64,000 bases of DNA from Desulfovibrionaceae bacterium (GTDB taxonomy: Bacteria > Desulfobacterota > Desulfovibrionia > Desulfovibrionales > Desulfovibrionaceae), in NCBI GenBank assembly GCA_963674955.2, contig CAXXKR010000004.1, forward strand, positions 1,017,804-1,081,803, written 5' to 3'. Each line of letters opens with the position of its first letter. Position 1 is the first letter of the stretch. Positions 18,383 to 26,339 of the stretch are shown piece after piece. The notes below the pieces were generated by a model. That model saw only the letters and a program-made list of their open reading frames with translations, was not told the DNA's origin and ran no database searches. Made by a program: the position numbers and the translations under genes.

Positions 18383-20638
18383 ATGCTAATACCTTTTGAC
18401 AAAACCAGCATCGAGACACGAGTCGGCGATCTGGACATCTCACTTGAAACCGGCAAGCTGGCCAATCAGGCCGGCGGCGCCATCCGTGTCCAGGTCGGCG
18501 GGACCGTCATTCTGGTCACCGCCACCACCCAGACGCTTGAATTCGACAGGGGCTTTTTCCCCCTGACCTGCAACTATCAGGAAATGGCCTATGCCGCGGG
18601 ACGCATCCCCGGCGGCTACTTCCGCCGCGAGGTGGGCCGTCCCTCCGAGCGCGAGACCCTGGTCTCCCGCCTCATCGACCGCCCCATCCGCCCCCTGTTC
18701 GCCAAAGGCTTCAAGGACGAAGTCCAGGTCATCGCCACGGTGCTTTCCGCAGGAAAGAACACCAACCCCGACGTTCTGGCCATCACCGGAGCCTCGGCAG
18801 CCCTGCACATCTCAGAAATCCCCTTCCTCGGCCCCATCGCCGGCGCCAGGGTCGGATACGTGGACGGAAAATTCGTTCTCTATCCCACATATAAGGGAAT
18901 CAACGAGCAAAGCGCCCTGAACCTGATTTTTGCGGCCTCCCGCGACGCCGTGGTCATGGTCGAAGGCGCGGCCGAATTCCTTTCCGAAGACATAATCGCC
19001 GAAGCCCTTGAATGGGGCCACCAACAGATCATGCCCCTTCTGGACATTCAGGACGAGCTCAGGGAAAAAATCGGCAAACCCAAGATCGCGGTCGAACCTC
19101 CGGTACGGGACGAAGCCCTGGCTTCCTACATCGGAGAAATCATCAGCGACGACCTGAAAAAGGCCCTGACCACACCGGAGAAAATGGCCCGCAAGGAAGC
19201 CAAGGCCAAGGCCAAGGCCAAGACCGTCGAAGCGGTTGCCGAAAAATTCACTGAGAACGAAGAGGCCCAGAAGCAGGTTTCCGAAGTTTTTGGCGATCTC
19301 GAAAAGAAGATCGTCCGCGCCAGGATCAAGGAAGAAGGCGTCAGAATCGACGGCCGCGACCTGACCACCGTCAGGCCCCTGTCCATCGAAGTCGGCCTGC
19401 TTCCCTCGACCCACGGCTCATCCCTGTTCAGGCGCGGCGAGACATCGGCCTTGGCCATCGCCACCTTGGGCAGCTCCCGCGACGAACAGCGCATGGAAAC
19501 CCTGACCGGCGAAATCAGCAAGCGCTTCATGCTCCATTACAACTTCCCGCCCTACTGCGTCGGCGAGGCCAGAATGCTTCGCGGCCCCAGCAGGCGCGAG
19601 GTCGGACACGGCGCGCTGGCCGAAAGAGCCCTCACACCCGTGCTTCCCGATACCGACGACTTCCCCTTCACCATCCGCGTGGTCTCCGAAATCATGGAAT
19701 CCAACGGTTCTTCCAGCATGGCCTCGGTCTGCGGAACAACCCTGGCCCTGATGGACGCGGGCGTGCCCATCAAGGAACCCATCGCGGGCATCGCAATGGG
19801 CCTGGCCAAGGAAGGCGAAGACTTCTTCATCCTCACCGACATCCTCGGCGACGAGGACGCGCTGGGCGACATGGACTTCAAGGTCGCCGGTTCCAAGGAC
19901 GGCATCACCGCCATCCAGATGGACATAAAGATCAGCGGCATCCCCTATGACGTGCTGCGCCGCGCCCTGCATCAGGCCAAGGACGCCCGCCTGCACATCC
20001 TCGGACACATGAACGAGATCATCGCCGCGCCCAGGGCCGAGTTGTCCGACCTGGCGCCGCAAATGACCGTTCTGCAAATCAATCCGGAAAAAATCCGCAG
20101 CGTCATCGGACCCGGCGGCAAGAACATCAAAGCCATCACCGCCGAGACCCAGGCCGACATCGACATCGAAGATTCCGGAAAGATTTCCATCTTCGCCCCG
20201 ACCCTGGAGTCCATGGAAAAGGCCAAGGAAATGGTCCTCTACTACGACCAGAGCCCGGAACCGGGCAAGAACTACGTGGGCACGGTGAAAAGGATTCTCG
20301 AATCCGGAGCCCTCGTGGAGATACTTCCCGGCCTCGAAGGCATGCTGCACGTGTCCCAACTTGACGTGGACCGCATCGAGAACGTCACCGACCTGCTCCA
20401 GCTGGGCCAGGAAGTGACGGTCAAATGCATTGAACTCGGTCCCAACGACCGCATCCGTCTCTCCCGAAAGGCATGGCTCATGGAGCAGGCCGGGCAGGAG
20501 GTCAACCTTGAGGACTTCAAGCGTCCCGCCCCCAGGCGCGACGGAGGAGGCGGACGCGACGGCAGGCGCGACAGTCGCGGCGGTGGACGAGACAGCCGTG
20601 GCGGTGGACGAGACAGCCGTGGCGGCGGGCGCAGATAG
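18383..20638 (+). CDS. pnp: Polyribonucleotide nucleotidyltransferase (PNPase) with C-terminal RGG-repeat tail
   Basis: It has two RNase PH domains (FFRREVGRPSERETLVSRLIDRPIRPLF, GHGALAERAL), plus KH and S1 domains (GTVKRILESGALVEILPGLEGMLHVSQL). A tail RRDGGGGRDGRRDSRGGGRDSRGGGRDSRGGGRR follows. Confidence 0.95.
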   Translation: MLIPFDKTSIETRVGDLDISLETGKLANQAGGAIRVQVGGTVILVTATTQTLEFDRGFFPLTCNYQEMAYAAGRIPGGYFRREVGRPSERETLVSRLIDRPIRPLFAKGFKDEVQVIATVLSAGKNTNPDVLAITGASAALHISEIPFLGPIAGARVGYVDGKFVLYPTYKGINEQSALNLIFAASRDAVVMVEGAAEFLSEDIIAEALEWGHQQIMPLLDIQDELREKIGKPKIAVEPPVRDEALASYIGEIISDDLKKALTTPEKMARKEAKAKAKAKTVEAVAEKFTENEEAQKQVSEVFGDLEKKIVRARIKEEGVRIDGRDLTTVRPLSIEVGLLPSTHGSSLFRRGETSALAIATLGSSRDEQRMETLTGEISKRFMLHYNFPPYCVGEARMLRGPSRREVGHGALAERALTPVLPDTDDFPFTIRVVSEIMESNGSSSMASVCGTTLALMDAGVPIKEPIAGIAMGLAKEGEDFFILTDILGDEDALGDMDFKVAGSKDGITAIQMDIKISGIPYDVLRRALHQAKDARLHILGHMNEIIAAPRAELSDLAPQMTVLQINPEKIRSVIGPGGKNIKAITAETQADIDIEDSGKISIFAPTLESMEKAKEMVLYYDQSPEPGKNYVGTVKRILESGALVEILPGLEGMLHVSQLDVDRIENVTDLLQLGQEVTVKCIELGPNDRIRLSRKAWLMEQAGQEVNLEDFKRPAPRRDGGGGRDGRRDSRGGGRDSRGGGRDSRGGGRR
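20570..20632 (+). repeat. 3 x 21-bp tandem repeat encoding DSRGGGR units at the pnp 3' end
   Basis: The units are GACAGTCGCGGCGGTGGACGA / GACAGCCGTGGCGGTGGACGA / GACAGCCGTGGCGGCGGGCGC. Confidence 0.85.
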
Positions 20639-20663
20639 GCTGCAAAAAAGATAAACAACAAAA

Positions 20664-20693
20664 ACGGCGGTCCATTGTGGCCGCCGTTTTTTT
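20664..20693 (+). terminator. Intrinsic terminator after pnp
   Basis: ACGGCGG ... CCGCCGT stem followed by TTTTTTTAT. Confidence 0.75.
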
Positions 20694-20717
20694 ATGGAAT
20701 TCAAAGATTGCATCACT

Positions 20718-20746
20718 TTGACAAGTGGATATGCCTCGTCTAGATT
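20718..20746 (+). promoter_or_regulatory. Sigma-70-type promoter for the small glutaredoxin-like gene
   Basis: TTGACA (20718-20723), a 17-nt spacer, then TAGATT (20741-20746). A GGGGAGG ribosome-binding site lies at 20761-20767 and the ATG at 20775. Confidence 0.6.
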
Positions 20747-20774
20747 ATTTTTAATGATAACGGGGAGGCTGAAA

Positions 20775-20990
20775 ATGGATGAACGAATTGTGATCTACGG
20801 GAAAAGCACTTGACCTCACACCACACGGGCCCGTGAGGCCCTGAAGGACGCTGTCTTCCATGACGTGCTTCTTGATCCCACCAAGCTGGAAGAGATGCTC
20901 AAACTGACCAACGGCGCGCGCAAGGTGCCCGTGCTGGTGGAAAATGGACAGGTCAGCATCGGATTCAACAGGGGATCGTGAGGGGTATGA
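20775..20990 (+). CDS. Glutaredoxin-like (NrdH/YruB-type) small protein with two in-frame TGA codons, a putative double selenocysteine protein
   Basis: Manual translation gives MDERIVIYGKSTUPHTTRAREALKDAVFHDVLLDPTKLEEMLKLTNGARKVPVLVENGQVSIGFNRGSUGV. U marks the TGAs at 20811-20813 and 20979-20981. The first U replaces the first Cys of the Grx CPxC motif, and KVPVLVENGQVSIGF is the Grx fold signature. It has its own promoter and RBS, and a hairpin follows each TGA. It is not in the ORF track because of the TGAs. Confidence 0.7.
20827..20841 (+). promoter_or_regulatory. Candidate SECIS hairpin for the first TGA
   Basis: GGGCC-CGTGA-GGCCC. The stem starts 16 nt and the loop 21 nt after the T of TGA 20811. 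An alternative pairing, CCTCAC (20814-20819) with GTGAGG (20833-20838), is also possible. Confidence 0.5.
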
Positions 20991-20993
20991 TCA

Positions 20994-21012
20994 TTCCGGC
21001 GGTCTGCCGGAA
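20994..21012 (+). promoter_or_regulatory. Candidate SECIS hairpin for the second TGA (lies in the 3' UTR)
   Basis: TTCCGGC-GGTCT-GCCGGAA, a 7-bp stem. The stem starts 15 nt and the loop 22 nt after the T of TGA 20979. The GGUCU loop resembles the apical loop of the E. coli fdhF SECIS as I remember it. An A-run follows, not a T-run, so it is not a canonical terminator. Confidence 0.55.
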
Positions 21013-21034
21013 AAAAAAATAAAAAAATCCGAAA

Positions 21035-21844
21035 TCAGCTCACCAAAATCCCGGCGTAGCCCACCACCTTGCTGAAATCCCGGTTCATCTCTCCGGAGGT
21101 GGCGTAGGCGACCAGTTCAGCCCTTTGAGCGCCAAGACCAAGCGCTGCGGACAACCCCAGAGTCATGGGAAGCACGCCGCACATGCTGATGCCCTTTCCC
21201 CGCACCACACTGTACAAGTCCAGCGGCTTCAGTCCGCAGGCGGCCTTGATTGCCAGCACATCCTGTTCCCTGGCCCGGTCGTGGGAAACGTAATGGCTCA
21301 TGTCCGAGCTGACCACTATGGACACGGAACGGTCTTTCCTGTTCAGCACTGTCGCCAAGGCCCCGCCAACCGCAAGCAATGTCTCCGGGTTGGATTCCGC
21401 CACGCAAACCGGCACTATTCGTGTGTCCGGATTGAGCCGGGCCAGAAAAGGCAGGACCACTTCCAGGGAGTGCTCGTTCAAATGCGCGTCCCTGTTGGCC
21501 GTGAACCTCGGTTCGGCCTCCATGATCTCAAGGGCCAGCTCGCTGTCCACTTCCAGGCCGCCGCCGGGAAAAAGCCACTGGCCATCGGGCCAAAGGGCCA
21601 AACGCGCCCCCAGGCCCGTGTGGTTGGGTCCGAGCAGAACCACCGTTGAACGCAGTCTGGCCCGGCCCAGAGTCTTGCCGCAGACCCCACCCGAAAACAC
21701 GTAACCGGCATGGGGGACCATGGCCAGGATGGTTGGATCAATCTCGCGATCTCCGGCCTGGGCCAGATATCCGTCCACTTCCGACACCAGGGCTTCTGCC
21801 GTCCCGGGATAAAACTGTCCGCTGACCACCGGCTGCCTGTCCAT
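21035..21844 (-). CDS. Memo-like protein (AmmeMemoRadiSam system protein B family)
   Basis: MDRQPVVSGQFYPG...ILAMVPHAGYVFSGGVCGKTL...LGPNHTG...VVSSDMSHY are the conserved MEMO1/AmmeMemoRadiSam B motifs. Confidence 0.8.
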   Translation of the reverse strand: MDRQPVVSGQFYPGTAEALVSEVDGYLAQAGDREIDPTILAMVPHAGYVFSGGVCGKTLGRARLRSTVVLLGPNHTGLGARLALWPDGQWLFPGGGLEVDSELALEIMEAEPRFTANRDAHLNEHSLEVVLPFLARLNPDTRIVPVCVAESNPETLLAVGGALATVLNRKDRSVSIVVSSDMSHYVSHDRAREQDVLAIKAACGLKPLDLYSVVRGKGISMCGVLPMTLGLSAALGLGAQRAELVAYATSGEMNRDFSKVVGYAGILVS

Positions 21845-21856
21845 CGATCCTCCAGA

Positions 21857-24800
21857 TCAGTTGGGCACGGGAGCGTATTCCATGGCCCGTTGCTCGATGT
21901 TGTAGGTTTCAACGGCCGAGGCCGCCAGGCGACCGTACAGGCTGTCGGGCTTCTTGTCCTTGATGTCGTTCATTATCTCCCGCCACTGAGCCACGTCGCC
22001 GTTCATGCGGTAAATCTGGGCCAGCTTGTATCTGGCGGAAGACCATTCAGGATCTTCCTCCGGCACATACTTGCCGTACTCCCGAGCCCACTTCAAGGCC
22101 TCTGAATAACGCCCCGACCGCTCTGTGGCGTAAATGGACATGAGGATGCAATCCTTGATCTTCTGCGGATCGCCATCGCTTTCCAGAAGCAGGGAAAGAG
22201 CTTCCTGCGAATAGAGAAAGACCCGGCGAAGGTCCTGCTTTTCCATGCCCGCCTTGGCCATGTAGTACATGGCGTAGGCACGGGGCCCGGTCTCGAAATT
22301 CACGTCCCCGGCCAGCTTGGCCCAGATGGGCAGCGCCTTGCCGGAATCGCCCAGGCTTTCTAGGGACATGGCCCTTGCGAACTCCAATTGCCTGTCCAGC
22401 CTTGGCGTGATGGTCCAGTTGGTACGCGCCATGCCCACCAGTTGGGAAATATTGTTCCAGGCCAGTTGCTCAAGGTAGATGTTCACAGCCAGACTCAAGG
22501 CCTCCTCGGAATACCTTTCGATCTGATTCTTGCCGAGATAGGGCTGGACAAGTTCAAGGGCCTTTGCCGGGTTGCCTGTTTTCCAATAGCTGAGAGCCAC
22601 ATCCAGCTTGACCTCGTCGGTTATGCTGCTCTGGGCCTCGTCCACAAAACGGTAATCCTCCCAGTACCTGACCACCCGGCCATAGTTGCCGTCGGCCACC
22701 AGCTGGGGAACCGCCAGGGTGAAGCTCTTGTCGCCCACTTCCCTGGCCCTGTCGGCCAATTCGCTGTCCGGGTACCTGTCCAGAAAATCCTGGGCCGCGG
22801 CCAGGGCCTCGGCATACTTGTCGTGAAACGAATACCACATGGCCAGCTTGAGCAGGGCCAGCGGAGCCACCGGGCTCTCGGGATAATTTTCGATTATCTC
22901 CGTGTATATTTCCTTGGGCCGCATATTGTATGGCCGGTCAAAGACCGAAACCATCTCCGTCATGGTCGGCTTGTCGTAAATGGCCTCTTCCGCAAGGCGC
23001 ATCTTGGCCACCAATCCGCCCTCACGGTCCGGGAACTCCTTGATGGCCTTCTGGTATATTTCCTTGGCCGCGGCGTTCTTGCCCTGGGTCAGATAGATGT
23101 CGCCGATGCGGGCCAGCACCACGTCGGCCGATTCGGATTCGGGATTGATGTTGTAATAGGTCCAGTAATGATCCTTGGCCTCGGCGATCTTCTCCAGCCG
23201 CCTTTCCACGTCCGCCGCCAGCTTCAGGAATTCCGGATTCTCAAGATAGTAAAGTGGCCAGCGCTTGTCGATGTAGTCCACGATCTGGAAGGCCTGGTCG
23301 TCGTACTGAAGCTCGTTCAGGGCCTGGGCCAGGAGAAAGGCCGCGTTCTTGACGATCCTGCTGTCCGGATAGGTCTGGACCAACTCCTGGAACTTGTCGG
23401 AGGCCTTCTCGAAGTCGCCCTTGTTAAAATAGTACTCTCCCCAGTAGTAGCCGATGAAGGGAATGTTGTCGTCGTCCGGGTAGCGGTCGGCGAGAATGTT
23501 GAAATAGGCCTGCGCCTCCGGAATGTTGCCCACCTTGAGATTCAGGAGACCGAGGTTGAGCAGGGCCTGGGGCACCCTGGAAGACTTGAGGTTGCTGTTC
23601 ATGGCTTCCTCGTACTTGCTCTTTATCTCCTCGAAATGATCGACAAGGCTGTCCTTGTAGAGCTGGGAGTAGATGTCGCCCAATGTATACAGGGCCTCTT
23701 CCCTGAGCGGCTCGCCGGTGTCCGGCTGCTTGAGCAGTTCCTCGAACTTGACGGACGCGCCCCTGAGATCGCCGGCAGCCATGGCCGACTGGGCTGCGTA
23801 TTTCAGGTCGTCCAGATACTGCTCGCGCTCGGTCAGGGTCTTTTCCGCTCCTTCTTCGGCGACCTGCCCGTCCGCGCCTTCCTGTTCCTGGACGGCAGGC
23901 TCGGCCTGGTCTGCGGCTTCCTCCCCCGCGTCTTCGATCTGCGCAGCGGGCTGTTGCGCCTGCTGCTGGTCTTCCTGTGGAGCTTCCGGTGAAGCTTCAG
24001 GCTGCCGCGTTTCTGGGGTGGCTTCCGGTTGGGTTTCGGTCTGAACTTCCTGCGGCTGCGGAGCTTCGGCCACGGCCTGGGTCTGTTCCCGCTCCGGCGT
24101 GGCGTTGTCCACGGCAGCCGGTCCGGGCTGCGTTTCCTGCACGGCGGATTCGAGCTCCCTGGTCACGATCTGGGCGAAATCCACCTCTTCCGGTCCCTTG
24201 CGCACAGCCACGAAACGGAGTTCCGACTCGTCCTTGTCGCTGGAGGATGGGTCGCCCGGCTCCATTATCACGGCCTGATCAGGACCGACCTTGAGAACCT
24301 CGGCCCTCATGGAATAGGGCACGGAAAAAAACGAACGCTGAATGCCCGGAGTACCGCTTTCCGCAGGCAAAACCGGCTTCTGCGCGAGAGTTTGTGGTCC
24401 CTCCGCCGGAATATCCTTCTCTCCGTCGACAGCCGGAGTTTTGTCCGCTGCGGGTTGGGCTGTGGGAGCGGGCGCGAGTTCAGTCTCAGCGGCAACGGGC
24501 TTCGCTTCGGGTGTCGGCTCGGGCTTGACCGCAGGAGTCGTTTCCGGCTTGGGAGCGGGTTTGGCGGCAGGCACCGGTTCAGGTGTCGGTTTCGGCGTCT
24601 CCGCAACCTGGGCCGGAGGTTCCGGTTTCTTTGCCGGAGCAGGCTTTGACCTGTCGCCCCACTTGGCCCCGATGGGATCGCGAAAAATATGGATTTGAAG
24701 CTCGGGCTGCCCAGAAACCGGAACAGTTATGTAGCCGAAGGCGTTGCTCTTCATGGAAATGGTCACGCCGTTGTCCGTGGCGGACACGGAAGCAGCCAAC

Positions 24801-25102
24801 CTCGATCCTGTCAAAGGTTTGGATTCCGGCCTGCGTTCCGAGGCCCAGGCCCCGCCGGGCAGGGAAAGGGTCACTGTCTGCTTGCCGGTTCGACTGACTG
24901 AATACTCAGGTATCTGACCGGATTCAAAGATAAAACTTAAAACATCAATATCCGGTCTGGTCTGAAGCCGGACCAAAAGGGCGTACCCGTCCGAAGGGGC
25001 AAACAGCCCCGCCAGGAAGGCAAGCAGAAGCGGCCAAAGCATCTTGGCGAAATGTTTCGCGATCACGCCGCGAATATTTGCAAATATCATGCAACCAGCC
25101 AA
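21857..25102 (-). CDS. Large (1081 aa) secreted/anchored tetratricopeptide-repeat protein with a Pro/Glu/Ala-rich linker
   Basis: It has an N-terminal hydrophobic signal/anchor and a beta-rich module (LLVRLQTRPDIDVLSFIFESG...TVTLSLPG). About 250 aa of PEPTPE/QPE low-complexity sequence follow. The remaining ~650 aa are TPR-like repeats (e.g. AQAYFNILADRYPDDDNIPFIGYYWGEYYF, AKEIYQKAIKEFPD). Confidence 0.7.
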   Translation of the reverse strand: MAGCMIFANIRGVIAKHFAKMLWPLLLAFLAGLFAPSDGYALLVRLQTRPDIDVLSFIFESGQIPEYSVSRTGKQTVTLSLPGGAWASERRPESKPLTGSRLAASVSATDNGVTISMKSNAFGYITVPVSGQPELQIHIFRDPIGAKWGDRSKPAPAKKPEPPAQVAETPKPTPEPVPAAKPAPKPETTPAVKPEPTPEAKPVAAETELAPAPTAQPAADKTPAVDGEKDIPAEGPQTLAQKPVLPAESGTPGIQRSFFSVPYSMRAEVLKVGPDQAVIMEPGDPSSSDKDESELRFVAVRKGPEEVDFAQIVTRELESAVQETQPGPAAVDNATPEREQTQAVAEAPQPQEVQTETQPEATPETRQPEASPEAPQEDQQQAQQPAAQIEDAGEEAADQAEPAVQEQEGADGQVAEEGAEKTLTEREQYLDDLKYAAQSAMAAGDLRGASVKFEELLKQPDTGEPLREEALYTLGDIYSQLYKDSLVDHFEEIKSKYEEAMNSNLKSSRVPQALLNLGLLNLKVGNIPEAQAYFNILADRYPDDDNIPFIGYYWGEYYFNKGDFEKASDKFQELVQTYPDSRIVKNAAFLLAQALNELQYDDQAFQIVDYIDKRWPLYYLENPEFLKLAADVERRLEKIAEAKDHYWTYYNINPESESADVVLARIGDIYLTQGKNAAAKEIYQKAIKEFPDREGGLVAKMRLAEEAIYDKPTMTEMVSVFDRPYNMRPKEIYTEIIENYPESPVAPLALLKLAMWYSFHDKYAEALAAAQDFLDRYPDSELADRAREVGDKSFTLAVPQLVADGNYGRVVRYWEDYRFVDEAQSSITDEVKLDVALSYWKTGNPAKALELVQPYLGKNQIERYSEEALSLAVNIYLEQLAWNNISQLVGMARTNWTITPRLDRQLEFARAMSLESLGDSGKALPIWAKLAGDVNFETGPRAYAMYYMAKAGMEKQDLRRVFLYSQEALSLLLESDGDPQKIKDCILMSIYATERSGRYSEALKWAREYGKYVPEEDPEWSSARYKLAQIYRMNGDVAQWREIMNDIKDKKPDSLYGRLAASAVETYNIEQRAMEYAPVPN

Positions 25103-25142
25103 ATAAATCGCCCCGGCTAATGGTATGTGATGCTTACTTTTC

Positions 25143-26159
25143 CTATTTAATCATCAAATTTTTCTTCTTGAGCTTCTCGATGAGGGTCGTGCGCTTGATG
25201 CCCAGCATTTCGGCGGCCTGATTCTTCACGCCCCCAGCCGCATCAAGGGCCTCGGAAAGAAGCTTATCCTCAATGGCTTCAAGGAAATCCTTCAAGGCCA
25301 GTTCCCTATCGGTCATATCCTTGAGCCTGGGCCAGGAGAATCCCGCCGGAACAGTCTGGACAACGACCTTCTTCTTGGGAGTCTTGCCCACATCCTTCCA
25401 TATCTTCTCAGGCAGATCATCCGGAACGATCTTGTCCCCGTCGCAAAGGATGGCCAGCCTTTCCATGAAATTTTCAAGCTCGCGCACGTTGCCGGGCCAG
25501 GAATAGGACAAGAACATCTCTTCGGCCTCTTTGGAGATGGAAAGAAGCTTTCTTTCGCGCCCGGCGCAGAACCCGGAAAGAAAATGGCGGGTCAGAAGCA
25601 TTATATCGTTGCCCCTTTCCCTGAGGGGCGGAAGATGCATGGGAATGACGTTCAGGCGGTAATACAGGTCTTCCCTGAACCGGCCCTGGGCCACTTCAAG
25701 CTCAAGGTCGCGGTTGGTGGCCGCCACCACGCGCACGCTGACCTTGGTGATCTGGGTGCCGCCGACCCGCTCGATCTCGCGTTCCTGCAAGGCCCGCAGT
25801 ATCTTGACCTGAAGGCTCAGGTCCATTTCCGCGATCTCGTCAAGAAAAATGGTCCCGCCGTCGGCCAGCTCGAAACGACCCGGCTTGGAACGGATGGCGT
25901 GGGTGAAGGCGCCCTTCTCGTGGCCGAAGAGCTCCGACTCCAGAAGTTCCTTGGGTATGGCACCACAGTTCACGGGAACGAAAGGCCTGCCGTAGCGCTG
26001 GCTGTTGCGGTGCAGGGCGCGGACAAGAAGTTCCTTGCCCGTCCCCGATTCGCCGGTGACAAGAACCGTACTGTCGGTGGGCGCAACTTTTCCCAAAATG
26101 GAATAGACTTCGCTCAGGGCTGGGCTTTCGCCTATTATTCCGGTCAGATCGAGGGACAT
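25143..26159 (-). CDS. Sigma-54-dependent transcriptional activator, AAA+ plus Fis-type HTH only (no N-terminal sensory domain)
   Basis: Walker [33 protein letters not shown] (a GAFTGA-loop variant), [40 protein letters not shown], and a C-terminal [21 protein letters not shown]. The protein starts directly at the AAA+ domain. Confidence 0.85.
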   Translation of the reverse strand: MSLDLTGIIGESPALSEVYSILGKVAPTDSTVLVTGESGTGKELLVRALHRNSQRYGRPFVPVNCGAIPKELLESELFGHEKGAFTHAIRSKPGRFELADGGTIFLDEIAEMDLSLQVKILRALQEREIERVGGTQITKVSVRVVAATNRDLELEVAQGRFREDLYYRLNVIPMHLPPLRERGNDIMLLTRHFLSGFCAGRERKLLSISKEAEEMFLSYSWPGNVRELENFMERLAILCDGDKIVPDDLPEKIWKDVGKTPKKKVVVQTVPAGFSWPRLKDMTDRELALKDFLEAIEDKLLSEALDAAGGVKNQAAEMLGIKRTTLIEKLKKKNLMIK

Positions 26160-26283
26160 TCATCCTCCGCTTGGGATACGGTTCAAAAGGCCGTAAAATA
26201 CTTTCGGTACGCGTCCTGCAATACTTTACTTCCTCCCTGTCAATTTAATGACACAAAGTCAATCATTTTTCTAGAAAAAATAT

Positions 26284-26318
26284 AAAAAAAGGGAATCCTA
26301 ATAGAAAAAAGGATTCCC
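26284..26318 (-). terminator. Intrinsic terminator after the FAD oxidoreductase gene
   Basis: The minus strand reads GGGAATCCT-loop-AGGATTCCC followed by TTTTTTTATATTTTTT. Confidence 0.7.
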
Positions 26319-26339
26319 TGAAGTCGTCCTCGACCAGCC

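Noticed and set aside
20994-21012. The hairpin TTCCGGC-GGTCT-GCCGGAA read as a bidirectional terminator between the small gene and the Memo-like gene.
   Set aside because: On the plus strand A's follow it. On the minus strand the T-run precedes it. It therefore fits no canonical intrinsic terminator in either direction. Its spacing from the TGA at 20979 fits a SECIS better. A termination role cannot be fully excluded.
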